From assembly GCA_963820065.1 (NCBI GenBank), contig CAWFYM010000012.1:117593-181592 (forward strand): a stretch of 64,000 nt of DNA, in the 5' to 3' direction. The DNA comes from an uncultured Actinomycetota bacterium. Lineage in GTDB: Bacteria > Actinomycetota > Actinomycetes > DATJPE01. A model generated the notes under the pieces. It saw only the letters and a list, made by a program, of their open reading frames with translations. It ran no database searches and had not been told where the DNA came from. Below are positions 42,878 to 51,789 of this stretch, piece after piece (within the stretch, counting starts at the first letter, position 1; each line of letters starts with the position of its first letter). A program made the position numbers and the translations under genes.

Positions 42878-43213
42878 GCCCATACGGGTGACCCCATCGG
42901 CGCGCGGGAAAGGGCAAGAGCGCAGCGAGGAGGGAGCGGGTGGGCGGAGGACGCCACATGACGATCAGAGCCAGCACCACGACGAAGCAAACATGCAGAG
43001 GTCCTGGTCGGGGTGGTGGGCGGAGGACGCCACATGACGATCAGAGCCAGCACCACGACGAAGCAAACATGCAGAGGTCCTGGTTGGGGTGGTGGGCGGT
43101 GGACGGCCGTGGCGGGCCTGGCGGGAGGCCGAGCGAAGCGAAGGCCGGATGGTAGGCCGACCACCGCCCACCACCCCGACCAGGACCCCCAGCCCACCAC
43201 CGCCGAGATCGGG
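42853..43213. repeat. ~360-bp intergenic repeat element, copy B
   Basis: Offset 3770 bp from copy A; identical by eye over 42866-43197. Confidence 0.93.
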
Positions 43214-43260
43214 GTTCTGCACCGGTCGAGTTAGCCCGACCGGTGCAGAAACCCGATCTC
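43205..43260. terminator. 24-bp stem hairpin at the MCP4 stop codon
   Basis: GAGATCGGGGTTCTGCACCGGTCG-N8-CGACCGGTGCAGAAACCCGATCTC (one mismatch); no clear U-tract. Confidence 0.55.
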
Positions 43261-44845
43261 AAGATCCGGTGACGGTGAATTGGGCGATGCTGGCTCGGAG
43301 TTCGGCGGACAGGGTGTTCAGCTGCGCCGCCGCGGCGGCGGACTGCTTGGACCCCACCGCGTACTGCCGCGACACATCCGAGACCTGCGTCATCGCCGAC
43401 ACCACCTGATCCGAAGCACTGCGCTGCTGCTGAGTCGCGATCGAGATCTCCCGAGCCGCCGTCGTGGTCTCATCCACCATCCCCGAGATCCGCTCCAACG
43501 CATCCACCACATCCCGAGCCAACCCAGCCCCCGCATGCACCTCCTTCGCGCCCTCCTCAGACGCCAAGATCGTCGCGTTCGTCTCCGCCTGAATCAGCGT
43601 CACAATCGCCTGGATCTGACCCGCCGACTCCTGCGACCGCTCCGCCAACTTCCGCACCTCAGCAGCCACCACCGCGAACCCACGCCCATGCTCACCAGCC
43701 CGCGCAGCCTCAATCGCGGCATTCAAAGCCAACAAGTTCGTCTGATCCGCCAAATCATCAATCACCTCAAGAATCCGACCAATCTCCTGAGACTTCTCAC
43801 CCAAACTCAAAGCCCGCGACGCAATCGAATCCACCCGCGACGCAATCACATCCATCGCCGACACCGACGCCCCCACCGCCACCCGACCCTGCTCCGCATG
43901 CCGCAACGTCTCCGACGCATACCGAGCCACCGACTCAGCCGTCTCCGCAATCTGCGCCGCCGTCGCCGCCAACTCCTCAATCGTGCTCGTCGTCTCCGCC
44001 ACCGCCGACGACTGCTGCGTCGCCGACACCGCATGCTCCTCAGCCGACGCCAACAACTCCCCCGCCGACGACGCGATCTGCTCACCCCCACCACGAATCT
44101 GATCCACCAACACCCGCAAGTTCCCCACCGTGTGGTTGAACGATTCGGTCAAGGACGTGACCAGGCGGTCGCCGGCCAGCTCGACCTCGATCGGTGTGAG
44201 CTCACCGGCTGCTGCGCGGGCGAGGGCAGCGGACAGCTCCTCGACCTGTCGTTCCAGGGCCAAGCGGGCGTCTTCTGACTCCTCCTCGAGCTTGAACAAC
44301 GACGACGCGAGCTCGTCGCTGATGAGCCCGCAGCCGATGACGCAGCCCACGGCCACGATGTCGAGCGCCGACCCGCCGCCGTCCAGTGACCCGGACCACT
44401 GCGCTGCGGCGAGCAGCAAGATCGCGAGCAAGACCGACAGGGCCGCGCTCTGGACCCGGTCGAGCACGATCGAGCCGAACAGCACGATCGGTACGAACAT
44501 CGGCCAGAGCGGGCCGTCCAGACCACCGGAGAGCGCAACGACCGCGGTGACCCAGGCCACGTGACCGACCAGCGTGACCACGGTCGGCCAGGACAGCTCG
44601 TCGCGCAGTCCTCCGGAGAAGAACCGGCCGGACCCCAGGGCGATCGCCGTCGCAAGCGTGGCGATGGCGGCGCCGAACACCAGCCAGGCGATGAGCGCCC
44701 TCGTTGGTTCGACGTCTCCGACCGCGACAGCACCGACAGCAAGGACCAGTTCGATCCACAGCGCGATCGAGGCCATGCGCATCAGCCGCAGGGACGTGCC
44801 GACGTCGTCGGGCGCCCCCGGCAGCGCAGCGGGCGGGGCGGTCAT
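43259..44845 (-). CDS. Methyl-accepting chemotaxis protein MCP4
   Basis: Same signalling domain; distinct multi-TM N-terminus; ATGA overlap with cheW. Confidence 0.95.
   Translation of the reverse strand: MTAPPAALPGAPDDVGTSLRLMRMASIALWIELVLAVGAVAVGDVEPTRALIAWLVFGAAIATLATAIALGSGRFFSGGLRDELSWPTVVTLVGHVAWVTAVVALSGGLDGPLWPMFVPIVLFGSIVLDRVQSAALSVLLAILLLAAAQWSGSLDGGGSALDIVAVGCVIGCGLISDELASSLFKLEEESEDARLALERQVEELSAALARAAAGELTPIEVELAGDRLVTSLTESFNHTVGNLRVLVDQIRGGGEQIASSAGELLASAEEHAVSATQQSSAVAETTSTIEELAATAAQIAETAESVARYASETLRHAEQGRVAVGASVSAMDVIASRVDSIASRALSLGEKSQEIGRILEVIDDLADQTNLLALNAAIEAARAGEHGRGFAVVAAEVRKLAERSQESAGQIQAIVTLIQAETNATILASEEGAKEVHAGAGLARDVVDALERISGMVDETTTAAREISIATQQQRSASDQVVSAMTQVSDVSRQYAVGSKQSAAAAAQLNTLSAELRASIAQFTVTGS
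43275..44111. repeat. 837-bp MCP signalling-domain repeat, copy 4
   Basis: Appears identical to copies 2 and 3. Confidence 0.95.
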
Positions 44846-45375
44846 GCCCCGCGACGGGCGCTGGGCAGGGTGCTGCGCAGGCGCAGAACCGCCGCGACCT
44901 CAAGCAAAGAGATGGGTCCGCCGTCGTCCACGAGCCCGCTGACCAGCTCGGCGGCCGACGGGGCGACGGTGGCTGGGACGGGTTCCGGTCCGGCCGTTCC
45001 GGGTCGCAGCAGCCCGGTGACCGCCTCGACCAGCAGCGCCGCCTCGGCGGTGTCGTCGGAGAGGACCACGAGACGCGCACTGGACGGCAGAGGCGACGCA
45101 TCGGCGCCGACGAGCGGCCGGAGGTCGACGACGGCGAGGACGCGCCCGCGCCAGTTCACGACGCCGGTCAGCCAGCCAGGGGATCCGGGGACCCGCGTGA
45201 CCACGGGGACGGGAACGACCTCGGCGACGTCAGCCATCGGTACGGCGTACCGGCCGCCGCCCAGCCGAACCACGACGGCTTCGGGCGCCAGCTGAGCGTC
45301 GGTGTCACCCGAATCGTCGGCGCCACGGGCGACGCGAGCGTCCCTGACCGACGTCGAGGCAGCAGAGGTCTCCAC
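44842..45375 (-). CDS. cheW: Chemotaxis coupling protein CheW
   Basis: [39 protein letters not shown]. Confidence 0.92.
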   Translation of the reverse strand: METSAASTSVRDARVARGADDSGDTDAQLAPEAVVVRLGGGRYAVPMADVAEVVPVPVVTRVPGSPGWLTGVVNWRGRVLAVVDLRPLVGADASPLPSSARLVVLSDDTAEAALLVEAVTGLLRPGTAGPEPVPATVAPSAAELVSGLVDDGGPISLLEVAAVLRLRSTLPSARRGA

Positions 45376-45382
45376 GGGGCAG

Positions 45383-45410
45383 TCATCGGCGCTCCGAGCG
45401 GGCCGCTGAA
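45383..45410 (-). promoter_or_regulatory. Sigma28-like promoter for cheW-MCP4
   Basis: Minus strand TTCA-N16-GCCGATGA, 7 nt before the cheW GTG. Confidence 0.55.
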
Positions 45411-45419
45411 GCCGGCGCG

Positions 45420-47354
45420 TCAGGCTGGCGTGGAGGCGCTCTCCCGCAGGTCGATCACCCGGGCGTCACGCGCCCCGGCCAGGATGTCGGTGATCTCACG
45501 TCCGACCAGCTCGTGCCGCTCCATGAGTGCGTCGCGCAGAGCCTCGACGAGGTGTCGGTTGGCCATGAGCAGCTCGCGGGCCACCATCTTCTGCTGCTGC
45601 AGCAGGTCCTCCACCCGTGCGCGGCCGTCGGCGTCAGCGAGGACGCGACCGACCAGGTTGGTGTCGGAGAAGGCGGAGTTCTGGACGGCACCGTAGGAGA
45701 TCAACGTGTCGGTCATGCCGCAGGCGCCGACCATCTGGGCCGCCACGTTGGTGGCGTAGAGCAGGTCTCCCCCGGGGCCGGTGGAGATGTCGCCGAAGAA
45801 CAGCTCCTCGGCGCACTGGCCTCCCATCGCGATCTGCACGAGGTGAAGCATCTCGGTCTTGGATCGCGTGTAGACATCTTCGGCGTCACCGTGCGCGAGC
45901 AGGCCGAGGGCGTCCCTGCGCTTGATGATCGTGAGGATCTCCAGCCGGCGGTACGGCGCCACGAGCCACGCGATCGTGGCGTGGCCGGCCTCGTGCGTGG
46001 CGATGAGCCGCTTCTCGTGAACGGTGTAGGCGACCGGCTGTCCCATGCCGACCTCCTCGACGAGCCGGGCCTTCTCGATGTCGCCGCGGTGCATCATCTG
46101 GTCGCCACGACGCAACGCGTTGACCAGCGCCTCGTCAAAGAGGTGCTCGATCATGACCGGGGTGTAGCCCTGGGTCACCGAGGCCAGCCCGTCACGCTGC
46201 TCGTCCTCGTCGAGGTCGAGGTGGTGGCTCTTCTTGCCCAGGAAGTAGTCGATCAGGTCGCGGCGCCCGGCCTTGCCTGGGGTCTCGAACGTGAGCCGGC
46301 GGTCGAAGCGGCCGGGACGGAGCAGGGCCGGGTCGAGATTGTCCGCTCGGTTGGTGGCGGCGATGAGCAGGACGTTGGTCGACGGGGGCGCGGGCTTCGC
46401 GATCTGTCGGTGCGCGGGCAGGTAGGGGTTGATGCGGTCGATCCACCAGGCCTTGAACTTCTGGCCGCCGGAGAGCTCGTCGAAGGACTGCATCTGCACG
46501 AGCAGCTCGTTGACGACGCCACCGACACCCTCGCTGACCACAGCGTTGGTCACCGGACGAGCGCCGGAGGCGATCACGCCCGCTCCGGACGCGGAGGCGT
46601 ACTCGGTCGGCAGGCCGGTCAACCCCCCGCAGCACAGGGGGGCGCCGGTGGCGCGAGCCACGTCGGGCATGGTCGTGGCAGACAGCCCGCCGCGCGCCAT
46701 CGCGATCGCGTCGATCTCCTCGATGAAGCCGATCGCCCCGCCCTCGGCGCGCGCGGCCTTGCGCAGCGCCTTGAAGTAGGAGCGGATCTTGCGCGCCGTC
46801 GCGCCGTAGTACATCGACTGGAACGCCGTGGCGGAGACGAAGTAGAACGGAACGCCGGCTTCGGCAGCCATGGCCTTGGCCAGATACGTCTTGCCGGTCC
46901 CGGGCATGCCCTCGAACAGCAGGCCACGGCGTGGGGTGCCACCCATCTCCTCGCGGAACGCCTTGTGGGCGAGGAACAGGTTCAGCGAGCGGACCACGTC
47001 CTCCTTCACCGCATCGATGCCGATCACGTCGTCGAGGCGGGTATCGATCTGCTCGGGTCGGTAGACCACGTGCGGCGACCGACCCGCGCCCAGCGTCGTG
47101 CCGACCAGCAGGAGGATCAGCGCGAGGAAGAACAGTCCCGGCATGAGCAGCAGCGGGTCGAGGTGCGGCAGCGCGAAGGGGTTGAACGGACGGCCGTCGA
47201 TGATGCGTGTCCAGAGGAACAGCGCAGGGATCCCCAGCACGAGCGCGAGGGTCCACAGCCTGCGGCGGCGCTTGAGCTCGCGGTTGATGCCGACATCGGC
47301 GGTGCGCGCGTCGACTACGGATCGTCCGTGATCGTCACTCTCAGTAGTCGCCAC
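45420..47354 (-). CDS. FtsH-like membrane AAA+ ATPase / M41 metalloprotease (divergent paralog)
   Basis: Two N-terminal TMs, GMPGTGKT, FIEEID, ATNRADNLDPALLRPGRFDR, HEAGH, GGQCAEE. Confidence 0.9.
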   Translation of the reverse strand: MATTESDDHGRSVVDARTADVGINRELKRRRRLWTLALVLGIPALFLWTRIIDGRPFNPFALPHLDPLLLMPGLFFLALILLLVGTTLGAGRSPHVVYRPEQIDTRLDDVIGIDAVKEDVVRSLNLFLAHKAFREEMGGTPRRGLLFEGMPGTGKTYLAKAMAAEAGVPFYFVSATAFQSMYYGATARKIRSYFKALRKAARAEGGAIGFIEEIDAIAMARGGLSATTMPDVARATGAPLCCGGLTGLPTEYASASGAGVIASGARPVTNAVVSEGVGGVVNELLVQMQSFDELSGGQKFKAWWIDRINPYLPAHRQIAKPAPPSTNVLLIAATNRADNLDPALLRPGRFDRRLTFETPGKAGRRDLIDYFLGKKSHHLDLDEDEQRDGLASVTQGYTPVMIEHLFDEALVNALRRGDQMMHRGDIEKARLVEEVGMGQPVAYTVHEKRLIATHEAGHATIAWLVAPYRRLEILTIIKRRDALGLLAHGDAEDVYTRSKTEMLHLVQIAMGGQCAEELFFGDISTGPGGDLLYATNVAAQMVGACGMTDTLISYGAVQNSAFSDTNLVGRVLADADGRARVEDLLQQQKMVARELLMANRHLVEALRDALMERHELVGREITDILAGARDARVIDLRESASTPA

Positions 47355-47547
47355 GTGGTCCTCCCCGGCTCGGGTGACGGCGCGTCGCCGGAAGGTCGAG
47401 ACACTGAGTCACCACTCGAGTCTGCTGTCCGGCGACGGACCTGTCTGCCCCGTTCACCCGTCTGGCGCATCCAGAATCCGAAGAACGATCCGTTCGGCTG
47501 ACTGGGTTCTCCCTCGGGTGCCGCTGACGGGAAGGCCAGCTGCGCTC

Positions 47548-48444
47548 TCAGCCGGCGGCGACGCCGTTGAACAAGGAGACCTCGCGTCCGTCCTCGTCGT
47601 ACGGACCCGCCGGTTCGCCACGCACGAGGCGGTAGAACTCATAGCCCCAGGCCCGCTGGCCGAGGTGGTCGGACAGGGCGAAGAACGGCCCGTCGACGGT
47701 GACCTGCGTGGCATGGGCTGCCAGGGCGCGCATCTTCAGCGGCTCGTAGTCGACGGCGTCGACCCGACAGGTGGCCATCTCGTCGGGGACGCCGAACGGC
47801 AGCGAGTCGACATCGTCGGTGCCGAAGAAGTCGACGCCGGCCTCCTTCATGGCGTCCATCCCCTGCTGCAGGAACGAGCGAGGGGTGACGTTCTCGTACA
47901 CCTTCAGCACCGCCCACGCCTGCCCGAGGTCTGGGCGGAAGCCGGCGTCGGCCGCGAGCTCGACCCCGCGCATCGCCACCCGATGAGCCTGGATGTGATC
48001 GGGGTGGCCGTAGCCGCCGTTGTCGTCGTAGGTGACGACGACGGCGGGTCGGACCTCGCGGATGACTTCCACCAGGTGGGCAGCGGCCTCATCGACGTCG
48101 GCGCGCCAGAAGCAGCCGGGGCGCTCGTTGGTCTCGAGGCCCATCATTCCGCTGTCGCGGTAGCGCCCCGCGCCACCCAGGAAGCGGTGGTCGGTGACCC
48201 CCAGCACGGCCATGGCCGCCGAGAGCTCCTCGATGCGCTGGGGTCCGAGCTGGTCGTCGTGAGCGGCCGCGAGGTGCTCGAGGTCGGGGACGAGCACCTC
48301 CCCCTCCTCGCCCAGCGTGCAGGTCACCAGCGTGACGGGGACCCCCTCGGCGACATAGCGAGCCATCGAGGCCCCGTTGCCGATGCACTCGTCGTCGGGG
48401 TGGGCGTGGACGAGCAGCAGGCCGTGACGCGGTGACTCGGGCAT
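47548..48444 (-). CDS. mshB: GlcNAc-Ins deacetylase (mycothiol biosynthesis)
   Basis: VHAHPDDE, TCTLGEEGEV, YRDSGM, GGYGHPDHI, AHATQV, FFALS. Confidence 0.92.
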   Translation of the reverse strand: MPESPRHGLLLVHAHPDDECIGNGASMARYVAEGVPVTLVTCTLGEEGEVLVPDLEHLAAAHDDQLGPQRIEELSAAMAVLGVTDHRFLGGAGRYRDSGMMGLETNERPGCFWRADVDEAAAHLVEVIREVRPAVVVTYDDNGGYGHPDHIQAHRVAMRGVELAADAGFRPDLGQAWAVLKVYENVTPRSFLQQGMDAMKEAGVDFFGTDDVDSLPFGVPDEMATCRVDAVDYEPLKMRALAAHATQVTVDGPFFALSDHLGQRAWGYEFYRLVRGEPAGPYDEDGREVSLFNGVAAG

Positions 48445-48553
48445 GCGCTCAGGTTATCGAGCGTGCGCCGGCCCCCGGACAACCGACAGGATGGCTCCAT
48501 GAGCACCCAGCCCGCCGCACGCAGACCCCGCGCACGTTTCTCGGCCGGCCCCG

Positions 48554-50671
48554 GTGGGCGAGGATTCGTTCCCTCGCCGGATGGCCAGGACCGGTCGGTT
48601 CAGCCTGGGGATCCCCCGCGCGTTCACGATCTCGCCGGACGGCACGCGCGTCGTGTTCCTGCGCTCGCGATCGGGCACGGCGCGCACCGGTCTGCTGTGG
48701 TCGCTCGACGTCGTCACCGGCACCGAGACCGTGCTCGTCGACCCCGACGAGCTCCTGGGCAAGGACGCGGCGGAGACCCTGTCGGCTGAGGAGCTGGCCC
48801 GACGCGAGCGGATGCGCGAAGGCGGCGCGGGTGTCACCGGGTTCGCCATCGACACAGAAGCGCGGCAGGCCTGCTTCGCCCTGTCGTCGAGGCTGTTCCT
48901 GGCCGACCTTCACGACGGCGGCGCCCGCGAGCTTCCGGCCGCCGGCCCGGTGGTCGACCCCCGCCTGTCCCCGGACGGCGAGCACGTGGCGTACGTCGCC
49001 CACGGCGGCCTCCACCTCGTCAGCACGCACGACGGCACGTCGCGGGCGCTCGCCGAGCCCGACGGTCCGGACGTCACCTGGGGCCTGGCCGAGTTCGTCG
49101 CCAGCGAAGAGCTGGAGCGATACCGCGGCCATTGGTGGCTGCCCGACTCATCGGGGCTGCTCGTCGCCCGGGTGGACGAGTCGCCCGTCGGCCGCTGGTG
49201 GGTCGCCGATCCCGCCGATCCCTCACGGGAGCCCTACCAGCACCGCTACCCCGCGGCCGGCACCCCCAACGCCGAGGTCAGCCTGTGGCGTGTGGGCACG
49301 GACGGTTCGCGATCAGAGATCCCTTGGGACCACAAGGCTTTCCCCTACCTGGTCGATGTCCACGTCCAGCCCGACCGACCCCCGCTCCTCCTGGTCATGG
49401 ACCGGCGTCAGCAGCACCAGCAGGTCCTCGCCGTCGAGGACGTCACCTCGGGGTCCACCCGCTTGGTCCGCGAGATCCGCAACGAGGCCTGGGTCGACGT
49501 CATCCCCGGGTCACCGCAGTGGTGGGGCGAGCAGCTGCTGACGGTGGAGATCTCCGAGGACACCTACCGGGTCTGCCTCGACGGCGCACCCCGCACGCCA
49601 ACCGGGCTGCAGGTGCGAGCAGTCGGCGAGGTCGACGAGCAGGGAGTCCTGCTCCAGGTCCACGAAGACCCGGTCGAGCGCCGCCTGGTGCTGCTGACCA
49701 ACGACGGAGACGTCCAGGAACTCGGGCGCGCGGGGGCGCACGTGACCGGTACTCGTGCGGCCGGCACGACCCTGCTTCGCGAGGAGTCTCTCGACTCGGT
49801 AGGGGTGCGCGTCACGGTCAGGCGTACCCACCCGGGCGACGCGACCGACCCGACGGGGCCAGCGACGTCCACCATCGCCTCCCTCGCCGACGACCCCGGG
49901 CTGGTGCCCGCGCCTCGGCTGATCAAGGGGCCCTACGACGACGCCCGCACCTTGGTGCTGCTGCCCTCGGGCTGGTCTCCGGGCGACGGGCCGCTGCCCG
50001 TGATCCTCTCGCCGTACGGCGGCCCCCACCACGCGGCCGTGGTCTACGCAGCGCGCGCCTTCCTCGGCGAGCAGTGGATCGCCGATCAGGGCTTCGCCGT
50101 CGTGGTCGCCGACGGGCGCGGGACTCCGGGCAGCCCCACCTGGGAGCGTGCGATGCGCCTGGACGTCGCGGGACCGGCGCTCGACGGCCAGGTGCGCGCC
50201 CTCGAGGCGGCCGCCAAGGCCTTCCCCGAGGCCCTCGACCTCGGGCGGGTCGGCATCCGCGGCTGGTCGTTCGGCGGCTACCTGGCGGCCCTCGCCGTCC
50301 TCAAGCGCCCCGACGTCTTCCATGCCGCAGTGGCGGGGGCGCCGCCCAGTGACTGGACGTTGTACGACACCGCCTACACCGAGCGCTATCTCGGGCTTCC
50401 CGACGAGCAGCCGGAGGCGTACGCCTCGACGTCTTTGCTCCCCCTCGCGCCGCTGCTCGAGCGCCCGCTGCTGATCATCCACGGGATGGCCGACGACAAC
50501 GTCGTCGTCGCCAACACCCTGCAGCTGTCACGGGCGCTGCTCGAGGCCGGTCGCCCCCACCAGGTGCTGCCGCTGTCGGGCGTGACCCACATGACGCCCC
50601 AGGAGGTCGTCACCGAGAACATCCTGCGCCTCGAGCTCGACTTTCTCCGCCGCGCCCTCGGAACGGGGTAA
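48554..50671 (+). CDS. S9 prolyl oligopeptidase / DPP-IV-like peptidase
   Basis: YGGPH, GWSFGG nucleophile, LYDTAYTERYLG, HGMADDNV, TH. Confidence 0.93.
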   Translation: MGEDSFPRRMARTGRFSLGIPRAFTISPDGTRVVFLRSRSGTARTGLLWSLDVVTGTETVLVDPDELLGKDAAETLSAEELARRERMREGGAGVTGFAIDTEARQACFALSSRLFLADLHDGGARELPAAGPVVDPRLSPDGEHVAYVAHGGLHLVSTHDGTSRALAEPDGPDVTWGLAEFVASEELERYRGHWWLPDSSGLLVARVDESPVGRWWVADPADPSREPYQHRYPAAGTPNAEVSLWRVGTDGSRSEIPWDHKAFPYLVDVHVQPDRPPLLLVMDRRQQHQQVLAVEDVTSGSTRLVREIRNEAWVDVIPGSPQWWGEQLLTVEISEDTYRVCLDGAPRTPTGLQVRAVGEVDEQGVLLQVHEDPVERRLVLLTNDGDVQELGRAGAHVTGTRAAGTTLLREESLDSVGVRVTVRRTHPGDATDPTGPATSTIASLADDPGLVPAPRLIKGPYDDARTLVLLPSGWSPGDGPLPVILSPYGGPHHAAVVYAARAFLGEQWIADQGFAVVVADGRGTPGSPTWERAMRLDVAGPALDGQVRALEAAAKAFPEALDLGRVGIRGWSFGGYLAALAVLKRPDVFHAAVAGAPPSDWTLYDTAYTERYLGLPDEQPEAYASTSLLPLAPLLERPLLIIHGMADDNVVVANTLQLSRALLEAGRPHQVLPLSGVTHMTPQEVVTENILRLELDFLRRALGTG

Positions 50672-50709
50672 CTTACCGGTGCTCTAGCAACGGTGAATTA
50701 CCCCGTTGC
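50660..50709. repeat. 50-bp palindromic element, copy 2
   Basis: GGAACGGGGTAACTTACCGGTGCT-CT-AGCAACGGTGAATTACCCCGTTGC. Confidence 0.8.
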
Positions 50710-51789
50710 GGGTGGGTCGGCGGCGGGAGGCGCGCCCAGAGCCACATCGATGACACCGACGACGTCGCGCTCCTCGGGGAAGTGGCACGCCACGACGTGG
50801 CCGGGCTCGACCTCGCGCAGCGCCGGAACCTCTTCGGCGCAGCGGTCCTGAGCCTTGAAGCACCGGGTCCGGAACACGCAGCCGCTCGGCGGGTTGATCG
50901 GGCTGGGGAGGTCGCCCTCGAGCAGGATCCGCTCGCGGGAGGCTTCCTTGTCGGGGTCGGCGATGGGTACGGCCGACAGGAGCGCGTGCGTGTAGGGATG
51001 CTGCGAGCGTGCGTACAGGGTGTCTCGGTCGGCCAGCTCCATGACCTTGCCGAGGTACATCACCATCACCCGGTCACTGATGTGGCGCACCACCGACAGA
51101 TCGTGCGCGATGAACAAGTAGGAGAGGTTGAACTCCTTCTGGATGTCATCGAGCAGGTTGACGACCTGGGCCTGGATCGACACGTCGAGCGCCGACACGG
51201 GCTCGTCGCAGACGATCAGCTTGGGCTGCAGGGCCACGGCGCGGGCGATCCCGATGCGCTGCCGCTGCCCGCCGGAGAACTCGTTGGGGTAGCGGTTGTA
51301 GTGCTCAGGGTTGAGCCCCACGCGCTTCATCAAGTCCTGGACGGCCTTCTTGACACCACCAGGCGGGGTGATCTTCTGGATCTCGAACGGCGTGGAGATG
51401 ATCGAACCGACGGTGTGGCGCGGGTTGAGCGACGAGAACGGGTCCTGGAAGATCATCTGGATCTCGCGCCGCAGCGGCACCATCTCCCGTCGGGAGAGGC
51501 CCGTGATGTCTTGGCCGTTGAACTCGATGGTGCCTTCGGTCGGATCGATGAGCTTGATCATCGTGCGGCCCGCGGTGGACTTGCCGCAGCCGCTCTCGCC
51601 GACCAGGCCGACGGTCTCGCCCGGGTAGACCTTGAGATCGATCCCGTCGACGGCTTGGACCTGCCCGACCACCCTGCGCAGGATCGCGCCAGAGGTGACC
51701 GGGAAGAACTTGCGCAAGCCCGTCACGTTGAGCAGGGGATCGCCCGACTCCGAGGGTGCGGCCGCAGGGGCCTGCTCGACCGCGGTCAC
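50698..51789 (-). CDS. Oligo/dipeptide ABC transporter ATPase (OppF-like)
   Basis: [39 protein letters not shown]. Confidence 0.94.
   Translation of the reverse strand: MTAVEQAPAAAPSESGDPLLNVTGLRKFFPVTSGAILRRVVGQVQAVDGIDLKVYPGETVGLVGESGCGKSTAGRTMIKLIDPTEGTIEFNGQDITGLSRREMVPLRREIQMIFQDPFSSLNPRHTVGSIISTPFEIQKITPPGGVKKAVQDLMKRVGLNPEHYNRYPNEFSGGQRQRIGIARAVALQPKLIVCDEPVSALDVSIQAQVVNLLDDIQKEFNLSYLFIAHDLSVVRHISDRVMVMYLGKVMELADRDTLYARSQHPYTHALLSAVPIADPDKEASRERILLEGDLPSPINPPSGCVFRTRCFKAQDRCAEEVPALREVEPGHVVACHFPEERDVVGVIDVALGAPPAADPPATG

Noticed and set aside
37446-44111. Diversity-generating retroelement (template/variable repeats)
   Set aside because: No reverse transcriptase in the window, copies are near-invariant and differences are not adenine-specific.
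37391-44278. Long plus-strand Arg/His-rich ORFs (37391..39121, 39243..40454, 40464..42878, 43280..44278)
   Set aside because: Antisense shadows of the MCP genes; they stay open because of the skewed codon usage and have no recognisable motifs.
34261-47354. Chemosensory cluster as a mobile genomic island
   Set aside because: No integrase, transposase, tRNA or flanking direct repeats seen; non-repeated genes have host-like codon usage.
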